From assembly GCA_973895155.1 (NCBI GenBank), contig OZ316891.1, positions 1,169,324 through 1,233,323 of the forward strand: a stretch of 64,000 bases of DNA. The letters run 5' to 3'. Under the pieces are notes generated by a model, which was not told the origin of the DNA, made no database searches, and was given only the letters and a program-made list of their open reading frames with translations. How positions within the stretch are numbered: the stretch's first letter is position 1; the number at the start of each line of letters is the position of its first letter. This document shows positions 26,003-40,100 of the stretch, in pieces. A program made the translations under genes and the position numbers. The DNA comes from Marsupella aquatica. Its lineage: Eukaryota; Plantae; Marchantiophyta.

Positions 26003-28045
26003 ATGGCGACCAAGGTCGACCCGCCAAATGGGATCTGTCCGCCAGGGAAGCATCACTACATGCTCTGGAGGAGTGTATTCGAGATCGATACGAAGTACAT
26101 TCCTATCAAGCCGATTGGAAAGGGAGCTTATGGCGTTGTATGCTCGGCTAGGAACGCAGAGACCGGAGAGAAAATCGCGATTAAGAAGATCACAAACGCG
26201 TTCGAGAATACCACCGATGCGAGGCGCACGCTGCGAGAGATTCGCCTCTTGCGGCACCTGTACCATGAAAACATCATTGCGGTCAAGGACATTATGAAAC
26301 CCGTCGGAAAATACAATTTCAATGATGTTTATCTCGTGTACGAGCTCATGGACACGGATTTGCATCAGATCATCCGTTCGTCGCAAGCCCTGACCGACGA
26401 CCATTGCCAGTACTTCATTTATCAGGTACAGAACGGTTCACAGCAGAAGGCCAATATCGTGCACATTTGATTTTCTCACAACCCTCCCCGCGAGCATTCC
26501 CTATGGAACTCAATGACCATCAAAGAGGTAGGGAACTGAGTATAATTCTGTATTTCGTCGAGTTGAATCTCAATCGTCACTGCTCCACGGGTCGTTACCT
26601 TCTAGCCATGCTCTATGTGATTCAGAGTCCATGGTCCTTATCAGAGGTGGACTGGAACATGGTGCTGTTGAAGGTCCATTTTCTGAGGGCCTGGTGTACC
26701 GAATCTGTGGGGGAAACCCTCTTGGGATGTGGGCTCTTAAAAACCTGGTTTTGTACTTCCTTCTAAGTGTCATTCCCTGCCCAGCACTTGACCAATCAGT
26801 CCGATGAATGAATTTCTTTGCTATTGAAAATTCATGAAGGCGAATTTTGTGCCCCCCTCTGCAGTACAACTACCGGTAATTCACGATTCAGTTTCCACAT
26901 CATAACTACTTTACATCTCAGCAATCGGCGGATCTGCGTCCTTGATCCTCCTTCTGTTTCTCATACAGCATGTCGGGACATTGTCATCGATTCCTGGAAT
27001 TTCCACAAAATATGGTATGGCAGAGAATGCTGGGGCATCCAATGAATGTCCTGACCCTTATACTCTTCTTGTCCGACCCAATAGGTCAAGCCCGTTTTCC
27101 CACTTCTTTTACCCCTTCTTTGGCCCTTTTCTGCGTAGTATTTAACGTCTGGAACCGTGACGGACTGTTTCGAAGATGTGGCTCCTCGACGTCTGCCTGA
27201 TGATTTTAATTGCGGTAACTGTACAGCTTTTTTATTAGGGATGGGCGGCGGATGTGGAAATGGATGGAAGAGTGCCCTCGTTCGGGTTTTCGTCAGTCAT
27301 ACAGACTAGGCGATTTTATCAGTCGGCTGACTTTGGGCTCGTGGGATGCTGATGTGTGCAGCTACTGCGTGGTCTGAAGTATGTACACTCAGCAAATGTT
27401 CTTCATCGAGACCTGAAACCGAGTAACCTGCTTCTCAATGCAAGCTGCGATCTTAAGATTTGCGACTTCGGATTGGCCCGGACGGGCAGCGATAAGGGTC
27501 AATTCATGACGGAGTATGTGGTGACGCGATGGTACCGGGCTCCCGAGCTGCTCCTCTCTTGTGAAGAGTACTCCAGTGCCATCGATATGTGGTCGGTGGG
27601 TTGCATTTTTGCGGAATTGCTGGGCAGAAAACCGATATTTCCCGGCAAGGACTATATTCATCAACTAAAGTTGATTATCGACATAATTGGGTCGCCGGAG
27701 GAGAATGATTTGCATTTTATTAACAGTCAAAAGGCACGCAGCTACATCCGGTCACTGCCTTTTCAACCCCGGGTTTCGTTGGCACGTCTTTACCCTCGCG
27801 CCAACCCCTTGGCTATAAAGTTAATAGATAGAATGCTCGTGTTTGATCCTAGGAAACGAATTACCGTAAATGAAGCACTGGAGCATCCGTATCTATCAAT
27901 GTTGCACGATGCCACCGTGGAGCCCTCGGCGCCAGCATCATTTGAGTTCGATTTTGAGGATGAGGACTTGAAGGAGGATGCCTTAAGGGAAAAGGTTTGG
28001 AGTGAGATGCTTTTCTACCACCCTGAAGCTGCAACCGAGGTGTAG
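26003..28045 (+). CDS. Mitogen-activated protein kinase, plant group C (MPK1/2/7/14-like), 368 aa
   Basis: Exons 26003-26425 and 27362-28045; [20 protein letters not shown] activation loop; N-terminal [10 protein letters not shown] and a single coding intron are typical of group C. Confidence 0.97.
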
Positions 28046-30539
28046 TGACAGCGTCTCCCTCACTCATTCTCGAAGTGTGAGCTGTGTATATCTAGAATAG
28101 ACCCTCTGGTAGGTTTTGCTCCCAAGGTTTCGTGCAGGAACTTTGCAATGGAAAGAATTCTGCAATATAAGGTCTCCACTCTTGACCTTATAATTTATGA
28201 GTTGTATAGGACTGTGCATATCTTTTCGTTGACGGTTGATGTTGAGTCGGGAATAGAGCGGTATGCCATATATAACTACCAGTTGTACATTGAAACGGGG
28301 GCTCGAGTTGGAACTGAAGACTGTGGCAGAAAAGGTCCAGTATTTGTTAGCAAGCAGTGCAACCGAGGTTGGACTCGGTTGGTTCTCTTCCTACCAGAGC
28401 ATACAGCAGCAATGAGGTGGAAGATTGCCATTTATGTTTAGTCTTTGCAATCTTGGAGGAGTGCTACTTTGTGGTGAACTCGTGATCACAACGGCCCGCC
28501 AATTAAATGAAATTGCCTCGGGATACGTCAAGAGTCACACATGCAGAGTCTCAATGCATTATACTGGAGTCCATTGAGCTGCCTGTCGTCTCATTTTTGC
28601 TGAATATGGTGGAAAAACGTTCTCCTGTCTCTTCTTGAGTAGTTCGTTGCAACCGCTTCGTCTGTACGACGAGCTTCATTTCTGAGGGACAGCTTTGGGA
28701 ATGTGTGTCCATGCAAGGTTCAGGTGTTTGTCTCATGAAAGTTATTTCTTGTTTTGGGGCTGATTTTTATTCCCTTGGTATATACTTACAAACTGATTCG
28801 TAGTCCAAGAACTTCGAACTGTTGGGGTTTTGAACTAAACAGAAGTCGATGGCATGGGAAGCAATTTAATCTAGATGGAATGTTGTTGCTTATCCATGTC
28901 TCGAAGATTGCCAGGGGAGGATTGTGAAAGTCCCTCAGCTAGGACCTGTCCAGGGCGTGGAAGCGAACAGTCCATTGGACCTGGGTGGTTTGTCTACGAC
29001 CGTGGCTTGTCATAGATACAATTGTGGGGAATGTCGAAGATCGGGATTGTCCATATAGATGAATGACATTTGTTTGGATGTCACCAGCGTTTCTGATTCT
29101 AAGAGATTGGGTCTTCATTAGCTCGGGAGTATGCAGATGGCTCCCAGAATTGTCTCCTCCGCGATTATGAAATGCCATTTTGGACAATGAGGAAGCTGCC
29201 AGCGACTTCTCGACTGGCTTTGGTGATAATCCAACATGATTCGATGACATCGTATCGGGCTATCTGGTGGTAATCTGTCTTTAAACTCCCAATTTTAGTC
29301 ACGTTAACGAACCCGCTCAGCTCCTAGAGGTTCTCCAGGGCGTTCTGAACCCCATACATACTCTTCAGATTGGTTAGCATGTGCATTTTCATCAGCAGTC
29401 GTGATGACATGGTCTCCGGGGTGACTGGTCTGCTTTAGAGAAACTATGCTCCAGGGATTGCAGTGACCACCCGAGTTCGTCTTTTGCCAATGGATTTTTC
29501 TGGGCCGCTTATAAAGGACGACTGCGAAGGTTTTAAGGTATGGTTATGAAATCTCGAGTCTTATTTCTTTCCTCTCTTTCTCCGAGTACTGTTCCACAGT
29601 CCCGCCATAGAAGAATTCGTGCCGAGCTCATGGGTATTAACTACTCAGTCTCTGGACCCCATCGGTCTCTCTTCTTGCAGCCAGAGCTGGGTATCGTAGC
29701 GTGACTGCCTTTGCCTTGCCCTCTCTTTCTCGCGGGAACACAGCACACTAGGTGAATTTGCTGGCGTGCTGTTGGTGGACCACGGCAGCAGAGAGTTTTC
29801 TCGCATCATGCAAGGAAACGCATTCTCCCTCGATTTCCAGGATACAGCTCGGTTTCGGATGCCAAATCTCATTCATCAAATCAATTGATTGATTATGTCC
29901 GCCACCTTGCATGCTTTACTTGCGATTGCGGCTCTCTCGCCGGGTTGCGTGCTGCGCCTCACCCGTTACGCATCGTCCTTCCAGCACTCGACTGTCTCGC
30001 ACACTCACATCGTGCATGTCACCATCTCTCTCAGTCTGCCTGCCTGGTGCCTCTCCATTCAATTCCCTCACTCTCCTTTTCGACCCACCACACTACACCA
30101 CGTCTTTGCCGTCGGTGCTTCTGCTGCCGCTCCCTGCACATGGATTGCGGGCGAGAGGGGAGGGGGTAGGTTGCGCCTCCCTGCACATGGATTGCGGGGG
30201 AGAGAGGAGGGGGTAGGTACGTTGTTCTCTTCCATAAAAGCTGATGAGAGCGGTGATGAAAGCTTCTTCTTGGATTCGGCCCTCTTCCCCCGTCTGTGGG
30301 TGTCCTGTAATCCTGTAGCTCTTTGTCCTTTCTAACTGGGGATGGGCCGGCCTGTCTCTCTGGATTGGATTGGGTGGGGTGGACTTGAGAAAGGCGGAAT
30401 GCCCTTGTACCTGTGTATTTTTTTAAGGTTTTTACTTTTTGGCTAGAGTGAAAGAGAAGATGCTCAGCTAATGTCCAGTGTGAGAAGGAGAAGATGCTCA
30501 AAATAGTACTGTCAAATCTCCCTAGATTTAAGGATCACC

Positions 30540-31070
30540 AGTAGATTCTGGCTAATGGGTTAGATGGAACACTAGCTAATGAGACAGAAAAATAATAGTG
30601 AGACGAAAGCAGCTACTGGCTAATGGGACCTGTGATTAGATGGAACACTAGCTAATGAGACAGAAAAGTACTAGTGAGATGAAAACTTTTTGGGGAGGTG
30701 GAATTTGGCAAAATTTTGCCACTAACAAAAATGCCCGCAGGCAATGGCTGAACAGCAGTCAATGAATGAAATATTGGGTGTAGTACTCCCATATTTTTTA
30801 ACAGAGATTACTTCTCTTGCGCATTTTGGCTCTTTGACTTTTTGGTGTGTTTTTCCTTGCTTTCTCCCCTTTATTGGGTCACTTGAAATATTGAGTGTAT
30901 TGCTCCTACATTTTTTAACAGAGATTACTTCTCTTGCGCTTTTTTGGCTCTTTGACTTTAGGTCTCTTCCTGGGTTTTTCCTTTCTTTCTCCCGTTTATT
31001 GGGTCACTTGGCTGGGGCGTTTCCTTGCTTTCTCCCATTTATCGTTCTCCCATTTATTGGGTCACTTGGC
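30540..31070. repeat. Cluster of short tandem duplications
   Basis: TTAGATGGAACACTAGCTAATGAGACAGAAAA x2; GAAATATTG...ACAGAGATTACTTCTCTTGCGC x2; TTTATTGGGTCACTTG x3. Confidence 0.7.
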
Positions 31071-33344
31071 TAGGATACTGTCTCCTGGTTTGGTGGTTTA
31101 ATTGGCATTTAATGCTTCCTTTATTGTTGGGTCTCCTGCCTTATCTCACGGTTTGGCATTTTCTGCTCGTTGGTACTGTTACACCTATCTCATAAGGTAA
31201 GGCTCACATCAACACATAGATCTCCTGGATTTTCAAGATCTTGTTCCTGATGTCGGGGATTACACCTGGATGTCATCACTAAACCACAATTACTTGTATA
31301 AGAGCCTCATATACAATGTATGCGTTCAGGCTCACTAGGAAATGACTTGGAAAGGGGATCTGATCTCCAAACTCTTAGCTAAGAATCAAATGGGCCATTC
31401 GCTAGGTAATTTAACTATTAAGAACTATTATTAGATACAATGGCCGCTAGGTAACTTAACTATTAGAACTATTATTAGATACAATGGCTAGGAAGAGCTT
31501 CTACTTGTAACCACATACCAAGGCCATCATCCATAAATCCATGTGCGTATCAAGTAACAAGAAAAGTGACAGTCAAACCTGCACAGAGGGCTACCACCTT
31601 GACTTCTTCTAGAGACTTTTCAATTTTTACTTTTCAAATTATGCATTAAAAAATTCAGGTTAAATATCAGATGGATTATCTGAGGAGAACTTGGGGTGAT
31701 TGATTTTGTAAGTTATTATTACAAGAATTATTTCAATGTCTCACTTGCGAAGGAAAACTTTGTCCTTAAGTAGTGTTTTGCAGTGCAAACTACATGCCCA
31801 AGTAGCACAGTTATGTCTATATGCCTTACAAGAGCACCAATCAAGCGGAACTGATGAGGGAGTTGGATAGGTTTGGGAAAGCTCCAAAAACCTTCCGGGC
31901 TGCTGTCCATCCAGTTTTTTTCACTTTTTGGTCAGAGAATTACAGGCTAGTAACCCCAGACGAGATCTCCATTATCCTATACATAACCAAGGAGCCGCGC
32001 AGGCTGGTTGGGTAGTTGTCCTGAAGCAATGCCTTTAGAACTTTTCCCACACTCATGCACTCAGCGGTGTCCCTTGTGAGCCCATTGTCCCTCTCTCACT
32101 CAGCTCTGTTTTCTCCCCTCGGCAAGCATATGCCATCAATTTTCACAAAAACACTCCGCTCAAATAACGGCCCTGCCAGAGCTTGTTTTATTTACTTTTA
32201 CAAAAGGACAGAAACTGTCTGATTTTAGAATCCAATTCAAGCACTACTGTAGTTTCCGTAATAAACATGCACCACCTGCAGGGCTTCATTGCTGGACCTC
32301 TCGTTTGCAGTTTTGACTCTTTTCCCTTCCCAGCACAGGAGACTTCCCCGGGCCAAACTGTGCAGACCTGGGTTAGGGCTGACCAGCCACGTTAAGGTCG
32401 TCTGGTCTTCAATTCGGTATTTGGTTCACTCGTACCCTAACACATTAACACTTTTCTTGAGTATTCTGTTTCATAAAAACAAATCGCATGAAGATACGGT
32501 CTGCTAGGCTAATATGTTTGTCAGGTGTTCAGGATGCTGTTACCAGACATAGCAAAATACATTTTATCAATGTTGGACAACCTTAACGTAGTGCTAAGGC
32601 CGGTCACTCATCCCTTTATGGGATAGATAGCTCCCATCCTTAACTGTATATGTTGGTGCCTTGATAGTGACCGGGCCACAACAGTCTGTCCGAGTTTTTA
32701 AGACACCCTACTCTCATTGCACATTGTACGTGCCCTACTCTCGGCAGACTTACAGCGCACGAGCGAGCGATCGAGGTCTCCTCCACTGTCGTGACACCAA
32801 TTCCCTTTCCGCATGCAAAGCTCCTCTCTCTTCTTGATGGACCCCTTCTGCTCTGGTGTGTCGATGTCCTGCATGAAGACTATTCCGTCAAAGACCGATA
32901 CCGAAACAGCCTAACAGAGGCTCAAACAACTTGCATTGATTACAGAAATGTTCAATAGATACACAACAGAACAAATAGTCATTTTCATAGATAGATAGAA
33001 AGTAGTACTGTACATGGTATTAGTGTAGGAAATCTGAGGGTCCAGGAGTTGAGGAATACTTTAACTACCACAAAGAGAAAAGAAAGAAGGAGGAGGCAAA
33101 ATGATCAGACCAACAGCGAGTTTAATTTTGCAAACAGACTCTTCAAATTACTTTCAAAGTAAGGGTGCCGCCCCTTATTACTTGTTGTGGCGAGAATTAT
33201 GGTGTGATTGTCAAGTCGGTTTAGTGTTGGGATCGATTGCCAAAAAGAGAGGGGAGGAACATTGTGCAACAGGTTTGAGGAGGAAGGGGAGGATTTTGGA
33301 AATCAGGGCACCACTTAGTCAAGGAGTCTGGTGCGATTGGGTCA

Positions 33345-33694
33345 TGTTGAGCATTGACAACATTCACAACGACATGCCCATAACCATCCAATGATCAAGT
33401 AGTCGACACATGGAGATATGTGGTTCACATCCACATGAGACTACGTCCACGGGAACACACAAAGAGCTTTACTGCACTCTAGACCAACCAACCCACCAAA
33501 CATCCACAGCACAAGCTCACCATATCTCTCAACTGACTCCGTAACAATGAGCCAACCTTGAGTTCCCACTATCCAAGCAAACACCGCTTGGGTATGGTGT
33601 GTGTGCAACATGACTAACCTAATCTAGTCTGCAACTAAGGTTAGCCCTAACTGCGGTGTAGTCGTAACTCTAGACCTAAGAGTTAATCCTAACA
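33345..33694 (-). mobile_element. 3' LTR of family A copia element
   Basis: Homologous to the 933-1273 LTR; abuts ATCTCCCCCT, which is the polypurine tract AGGGGGAGAT on the minus strand. Confidence 0.85.
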
Positions 33695-33960
33695 ATCTCC
33701 CCCTACTCTGGTCTAGGGGATCATGTAACCTGCTATTAGTGAAAATCTTTGAGCAAGTCTGTCAGAAGGACAAGAGTCATGATTCAACACATACCTTGAT
33801 GTGAATATACCTTGCATTTCATAGAGTGTTGAGACTCAAGTAAGAGAACAACAGGAGTCAAACAGGGAATGACAAGCCTATCTTCCACATGCACATCAGT
33901 CCACTATTCAAGCAAGTGAGTGTGCCTACATGCTGGCTATGGAACTATCTCCTAAGGAAA
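33695..33960 (-). pseudogene. Degraded copia RNase H remnant
   Basis: Minus strand gives remnants resembling KHIDI (..YIHIK..) and ADIFTK (..DFH/IFT..) next to the PPT and LTR. Confidence 0.5.
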
Positions 33961-34930
33961 TCAGAACTTCAAGCATGAGGTGCCCACATTGTTTAGTTAT
34001 ATATTTGTCTCACTACTTTGAAGAGATCAAATCTTTCTCAATATATTGTTATTAACTTGCTAAAGGTATTGGATGCACAATATTGAAATATAAGATTAGC
34101 TTGAAAGAAGAGCTCTAGTACAGCAAAGATTGAAAACATTAAGAGGGTTGCCAAAATAAATTCAAAACCTATACAATAAAATGATGCACCTGTTAAGGCA
34201 CCTTGAAATTAAAATACTGGAAAATGGATGCGCCATTCACCATAAAAATGTATATACTATTTCCTATATACTTAAATTTGTACACTGCAATCACAATAAA
34301 AACTATCTAAATATTATAATGTCCCTTTTCTTCTCAAGGTTGTGTTTACTAAATGTCATTCTGGAGAGAAGTCCCTGGCATTTTCCCATAACCATGAGAT
34401 GGGTCTCAAGGTGCCATTGTGTAAATTTTTCACACCCGACCGTCACTTTCCCTGGGTGCAACTTGCACACTTCTTGAAATCCAGTTGCCAGGCCTACTTG
34501 CCGACTCCACACAACATCCAACTGCCTGACCATCTCATTTATGCTCAACAACACTTCGGTTGAGCACCACTTTGTATTGGTGATATGTGCAATGCACACG
34601 CATTGGGCTAGTAGAAATATGGTGCCAGTGCATACTTAGATTAGCTACAGATTACATTTGGCTTCAATTCATTGTGTATCCTTCCAGGCAGTTGCCTCCT
34701 TATTAAATAAAATAAAATCTTTGCAAGTTTGATATTCTTACTTAGGCTTTCTATATCTGACTGCAAACTTTGGGAATTTGTTTTTCTGGTCTATGGCTTT
34801 GACATATCCCTTTTGGGTCTCTTTCTGGTTGTTGTTGTTGATGTTGGTTACCCCAGAAGTGGCCCCTAGCCCTAAATAAGTGGCTGAAACCTCTAAAACG
34901 AGAATAGAGGGGCTGATTTTGGAGGGATGG

Positions 34931-35116
34931 CCCCTATCCCTAAATAAATGGCAGCCAGCTTCCATTTTCACTATCCTTTACCTCTATATTTAGTGGAGAT
35001 GACAGCCAGGAGAGACCTCTATCCCCTATCCCTAAATAAATGGCAGCCAGCTTCCATTTTCACTATCCTTTACTTCTATATTTAGTGGAGATGACAGCCA
35101 GGAGAGACCTCTATCC
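34931..35116. repeat. Tandem duplication (~92-bp period)
   Basis: CCCTATCCCTAAATAAATGGCAGCCAGC...GGAGAGACCTCTATC occurs twice. Confidence 0.9.
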
Positions 35117-36379
35117 GGACCTCTATTCCCATCTTTTGCAGTTTCCACCACGTTGAGATTTTGGACCCAGATATGACAACACATCATTTGGAGGGATACA
35201 TATCAAAGAAAGCGGGGAACCACTGGTGACTATATTCAATATATATGAGGGCTTTTGTAATTTCTAGGCCTCCAACTAATGGGCTACTGAATGGCTGGAG
35301 ATGCTTTAAAACACTCTTACAATGATGTGCTAGTTTTCAGATTATCTTTGTGGCACCAAGGAATGAGTTATAACAAATCTTCTCACTTTACGCTCCACAC
35401 CCCAAGCTTGGAAGAGTCTCTCGACAATTGTTTAAGAGTGGAGACACTATCTTATTACATTACCTTAGTCCCTTGCAATCTCTGTGTCAAGTTTGAGGAC
35501 AAGGTCCTAAGGCTTTTCTCCCCAACTAGTGGGACCTTTGTCCCCATACCCCATCCAAGACTCACAACGCAAGCTTCTGCAAAGAATTGACACCTCCCTT
35601 GGACTACTCCAATGGCTTTTACTCACTTCTTGCATCCCTACAGGGACTTCAAAATTTGCATACCACTCTCGAGCCCTCTCTGTCGTTCAGTAGACCAATC
35701 AGACCACCTCTGGTTTGTTTAGTGTAGAACTGATTATGAAGACTCCAACTCAAATCTGCTGGGAACATGTGCAGCATTGGAACAACGAATATAGGACTCA
35801 ATACTCAAATGTACGGGAAGATTTAAAGCTTTGGAAACAATGGGATTATACTCAAAGGTCGAGATCGCTGCTCCGCTATCATGAGGGATTCATATGTAGC
35901 AAGACGAGCTCTCAAAATATACACAAAAGGCGAGATGGCAGTGGTGCAACGTGTACATTGACTAGCTCGCCCATTTCCTTGCATACCTGCATACCTGCAT
36001 GTCTTAAGGTCTGCAACAGATTGACGTTAAATAGTCGACCACCTTTCAAGTACCACAAGAAAAAGGCACCTGTTTGGTTACCTTTGTATTTGGTATGAAA
36101 CTGTATGATTAATTCCAGGCTCATATTTGGCGAAGCGTGGAATGACAAATAGGTGACCAAAACAGCCGAGGGTCCGTATTCCCCTTCCACAATAACTAGA
36201 TGAACTGCTAGCTCTAGTGCAACTCTTCATACGCTTCATACTCAATCTTCCTATATTCTTTCCCAGGAAGCAGGTAAGCTCCCACATATTTAAACGCTTC
36301 AGAGGGCTGAAGAGAGACTTTCAAAGGGCTGATCCTCACCATCAAAACTCAGTCAAGCTGGAGACTTACCAGTGCCGGA

Positions 36380-36527
36380 TGACACTGAAATTCTATAAGG
36401 TCCCTAGTTACCACCTTTGCTGTGACACTGATATTTTATAAGGTCCCTAGTTACCACCTTTGCTGTCTTGGGTGATGACACTGATATTCTGTAAGGTTCC
36501 CTAGTTACCACCTTTGCTGTCTTGGGT
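36380..36527. repeat. Tandem repeat x3 downstream of URT1
   Basis: GACACTGA...TAAGGTCCCTAGTTACCACCTTTGCTGT three times. Confidence 0.85.
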
Positions 36528-37130
36528 GTCGCAGCAGCTGTCCCACCACTGGCAGTTCCCAAGGTATACTGAAAGCATGGAATACATTCTCCTTCATCCA
36601 ACCCCTGGATCCCAATTCTGAAGCCATAGCCTTCCCCCTCCTATATACAAGAGAACACATCTTGATCGTGATCCAGCCACACTCGTCAGAGAGACTTGCC
36701 CGATAATGGCTTTTATCCCCCACTTCACCTGCTTCTTTTCAATGATAGTGTGTCGCACTCCCTTGTTCCAAGCAGGGCAAGAAAACATCTCAGCTTCCCC
36801 CAAGCACAAAAATTCTGTATGCCGTGACGTAAAGTCGTGGTCAACTTTTCATCTGATGAAACCCTACTACAAGTTCACTGGTGAGATATTTAGTAGCCGG
36901 TTGACAAGCTACCTGGATCCGCACAGGTGTTTCTATACAAAGATTTACTGCTGAGCCTTACACGACCTACAATGGTTCATTGACCTTTATCATATTGGCA
37001 GGATACGACCTCTTCCATCTCTCCCTACAAAACCTTAATGATGTTTGCTATCCATAATGTGTCCCTACGTGTCACTTCAATGAGGCAGCGACCTGCTCAG
37101 GTTAAGGTGAATGAAGTTCAGGAATTGATC

Positions 37131-40100
37131 CTAAGGTTTCTCTCGAATAAAAGGCTCAAAGAGAATTATGCAAGGGTTGAGGTCATGACGTAGAATTTTG
37201 GCAGCGCGGTGAAACTCATCTCGGAGTACTCGTATGCTATGGCGGTCTACAACACGACCTAAGTCGTGAACAGTTTCCAAGGGATCCTCGATGCATATAA
37301 GATGACGTTCATTGCCGATTCGCCGTGTCCACTCCTTCTCGTCCTTGCTACAATTCGAAAACAAATCATTTATTCGCAAAGTCTCTCCAGCTTTAGCAAG
37401 AAAGACCTTTCATAACCAGAGTAGTCATAAAGAGTGTAACAAAGAGCAGAAAGTCCCAATGCATTTCTATAATCAATTCAGCAGGTCCGAGCTTGCAGCT
37501 GTAGCCCGTACGTACCTAAGATAACCTCCAGTTCGAACTGATACCACAGCTCTGTTGTAATCATGGCGAAATGCCCAATACTCAAAAAAAGATGTCAAAA
37601 GCTCTCCCAACGTTTCCTTGTTGGCAGAACCAAAATTCTGCAGAGCCTCGACCTGGTCATAATATGCACAATCAATATTGCCAACACTCACCCTATATGT
37701 TGGTCGCATCTCCTGCACGAGAAAACATTACAATTTGCTTAAATGTCAAAGCCTGTGATGAAACTATCCGACACCCTACTCGGTAATCAAGGTAGTCCTC
37801 CCCCCCAATCTGCAGCGGTGAGACCACCCCACTCGGTAATCAAGGTAGTCCTCCCCCCCAATCTGCAGCGGTGAGAATCCTTCTAAAGAGTCTGTTGCAG
37901 TGATCTCAAAGCGGAAAAATCTCCTCATATCTAAAAACTCCAGAATTCCCCAAAGAACTGGAAACCACACCTTTCCAGCACATTCACACAATTGATTGAT
38001 ATCCGACTCATTGCTTATTTCCCTGCTCAACCTCAGTGTTTTCAAAGGGAAGGACCAAAACCAAAAAGGCATCGTCTGGAGATGTCTCTAGCATCCCTCC
38101 ACTACAGACATCAGAAGTCTACAAAGGAAGATTGGCTCGGCTCCCTGCTACAAATCATAGACATGATAGACGGCATACAGAAGAAGTAAGACGTCAAGCA
38201 AGTACCTGTAGGCAAGGGAGGATCGCAGGCTTGCGTTGCTGAAGAAAGTGAATACACATAAGGACATAACTGAAGAATAAAAAAGGACACCCAACAAAAT
38301 GTCCTTGTAAGTTGACGTCGTGAAAAATATCAAGGACACAGATGTCCTAACTAAGATCTGAAACGTGAAAGTGTTGGCGCTTCTCGCCATTATCAATCTA
38401 ACTCAACGCAAATGAAGTATCGTCCATAGGAAACAAAATTCTACAAATAATAAAAAGGCGAAGAGAAAAACATACGCATAACTAGATAGAGTCCCCCTAT
38501 AGGTTTCGTTGACTTGGCGACGCTTGGCCCAGTGCTTAACCAAGAATGCAAGCTGGCGTAGACGCACATCAATCCGAGAGTAGTCATGCAGAAGCTTGGA
38601 GTTCACAACTGCCAGCATGTTATTGACACAAATATCACAGGATATGCCAGTTGTTGCATCCGTAAACTTCACAATTGGTACACGAGCATGGGTCAACGCC
38701 TGAGATAGAATCCATTCAAGGAGAAGTGAGTTCAAGCGATCCAATGAATACCAGGCACAAATGGAAACTCCGAAAAGAATCTTGCAAAGTACCAAAGCAA
38801 GTGTAAACTTTCTAATTTGAACCGTAAACTGGACTTGGAATAACCGCCAAACCAGAATACATTCAGTACAGCAAATAAACGTGGGCAAGAACTAAGAAGT
38901 AACTACGAATGGTCCCAATATTACTGAGTAACTGACTAGTACTATACCTCATTCAAAAGAACTTCAATTTCCAAAAAAATTTCTAACGAAAAACAAAAGC
39001 CGTTTAGTGTTCGTCGCAGAGTGAAATCACAAGTCATACCTGCACATTCTGCATGTTGTCAGAACGTAGAATTGCCGCCATTTTGAGCACAAGGTCGGCC
39101 TTACTAAGCTGATCATCATTAATTGAGAGGCACACATCAATGTCACTGTTACAAACGCCAAATGCATTTGCACATGAGCCGAAGAGGAACAGCATGGCTC
39201 CTGGCCACTCCCGAGCTACCAGCTGGTCAAGGTGGGACAAGAATTGGCGTCGTTTATTTTCCTCCTCCTCGGTTGGGATTAAAGACGTGTACAACGTCAG
39301 CATTTGACCAGTAAACTTTTCGAGATCTGGACGGTATCGCATCTCGGGTTTCAATGATGGTACAGCAAGTGTGCGTTGTGGATGTCTTCGGGACTCACGC
39401 ATGTGTTCATGTCGTGTCTCATAGTCCACTTCCTGTAACCACATACAACTAGAATTAGGCTTCAACCTAAATCTTGCCAGGAAAAAGCAGACCCGTTGGA
39501 GCGCATTTCAGACACCAGCAACGGAAATCCACATGGGAGAATCCGGATTTAACCTGACAGAATCCAATTCAGCCATTCCCAGATAACTTCGCACCGAACA
39601 ATTTTGCGTTTCCACAACTCTATGTTTAAAACACCAGGAAAGTAACAAACGGGTTGAAACTTTTCTATCAATTTAACTCTCATCTCAAGCGTCAAGGAAT
39701 CGTCAAAGCTCTAAGAAAAGCTGTTCACTTACGGGATTTCTACTTCATCACGGTTCACACATCACATACAGCGCGACAAGGCGCATTTAAATTTGCTATT
39801 TGACTTCTGCCCATCCAGTGTTCAAAAGCGTGCAACAATAATTCTCTGCGAAATGTTTTGCATTAAGCCTTTCGTTACACCATAAAGATAAGACATGAGT
39901 AAACAGAATATTCAAGGAATGTGGAAGAAAAACCCGATTTCTGATCAAGTATCCATCCTCACCTCTTGAGCAGGAGAACCTTGATTGAAACCCTGCCTGT
40001 GGCCAATCTCTCGCTCATCCATGAGATCCAAATAGCCAGCAAATGCCTCTGCCAGTTCCTCGTCGTCATCCTTCCCAAAAACATCCTCATTCCCTTCACT

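Noticed and set aside
28939-30501. Several 70-156 aa ORFs downstream of the MAPK gene
   Set aside because: No motifs and no consistent splice model; may be non-coding or decayed.
34181-36450. Short ORFs in the intergenic region
   Set aside because: No domain similarity recognised; interleaved with repeat remnants.
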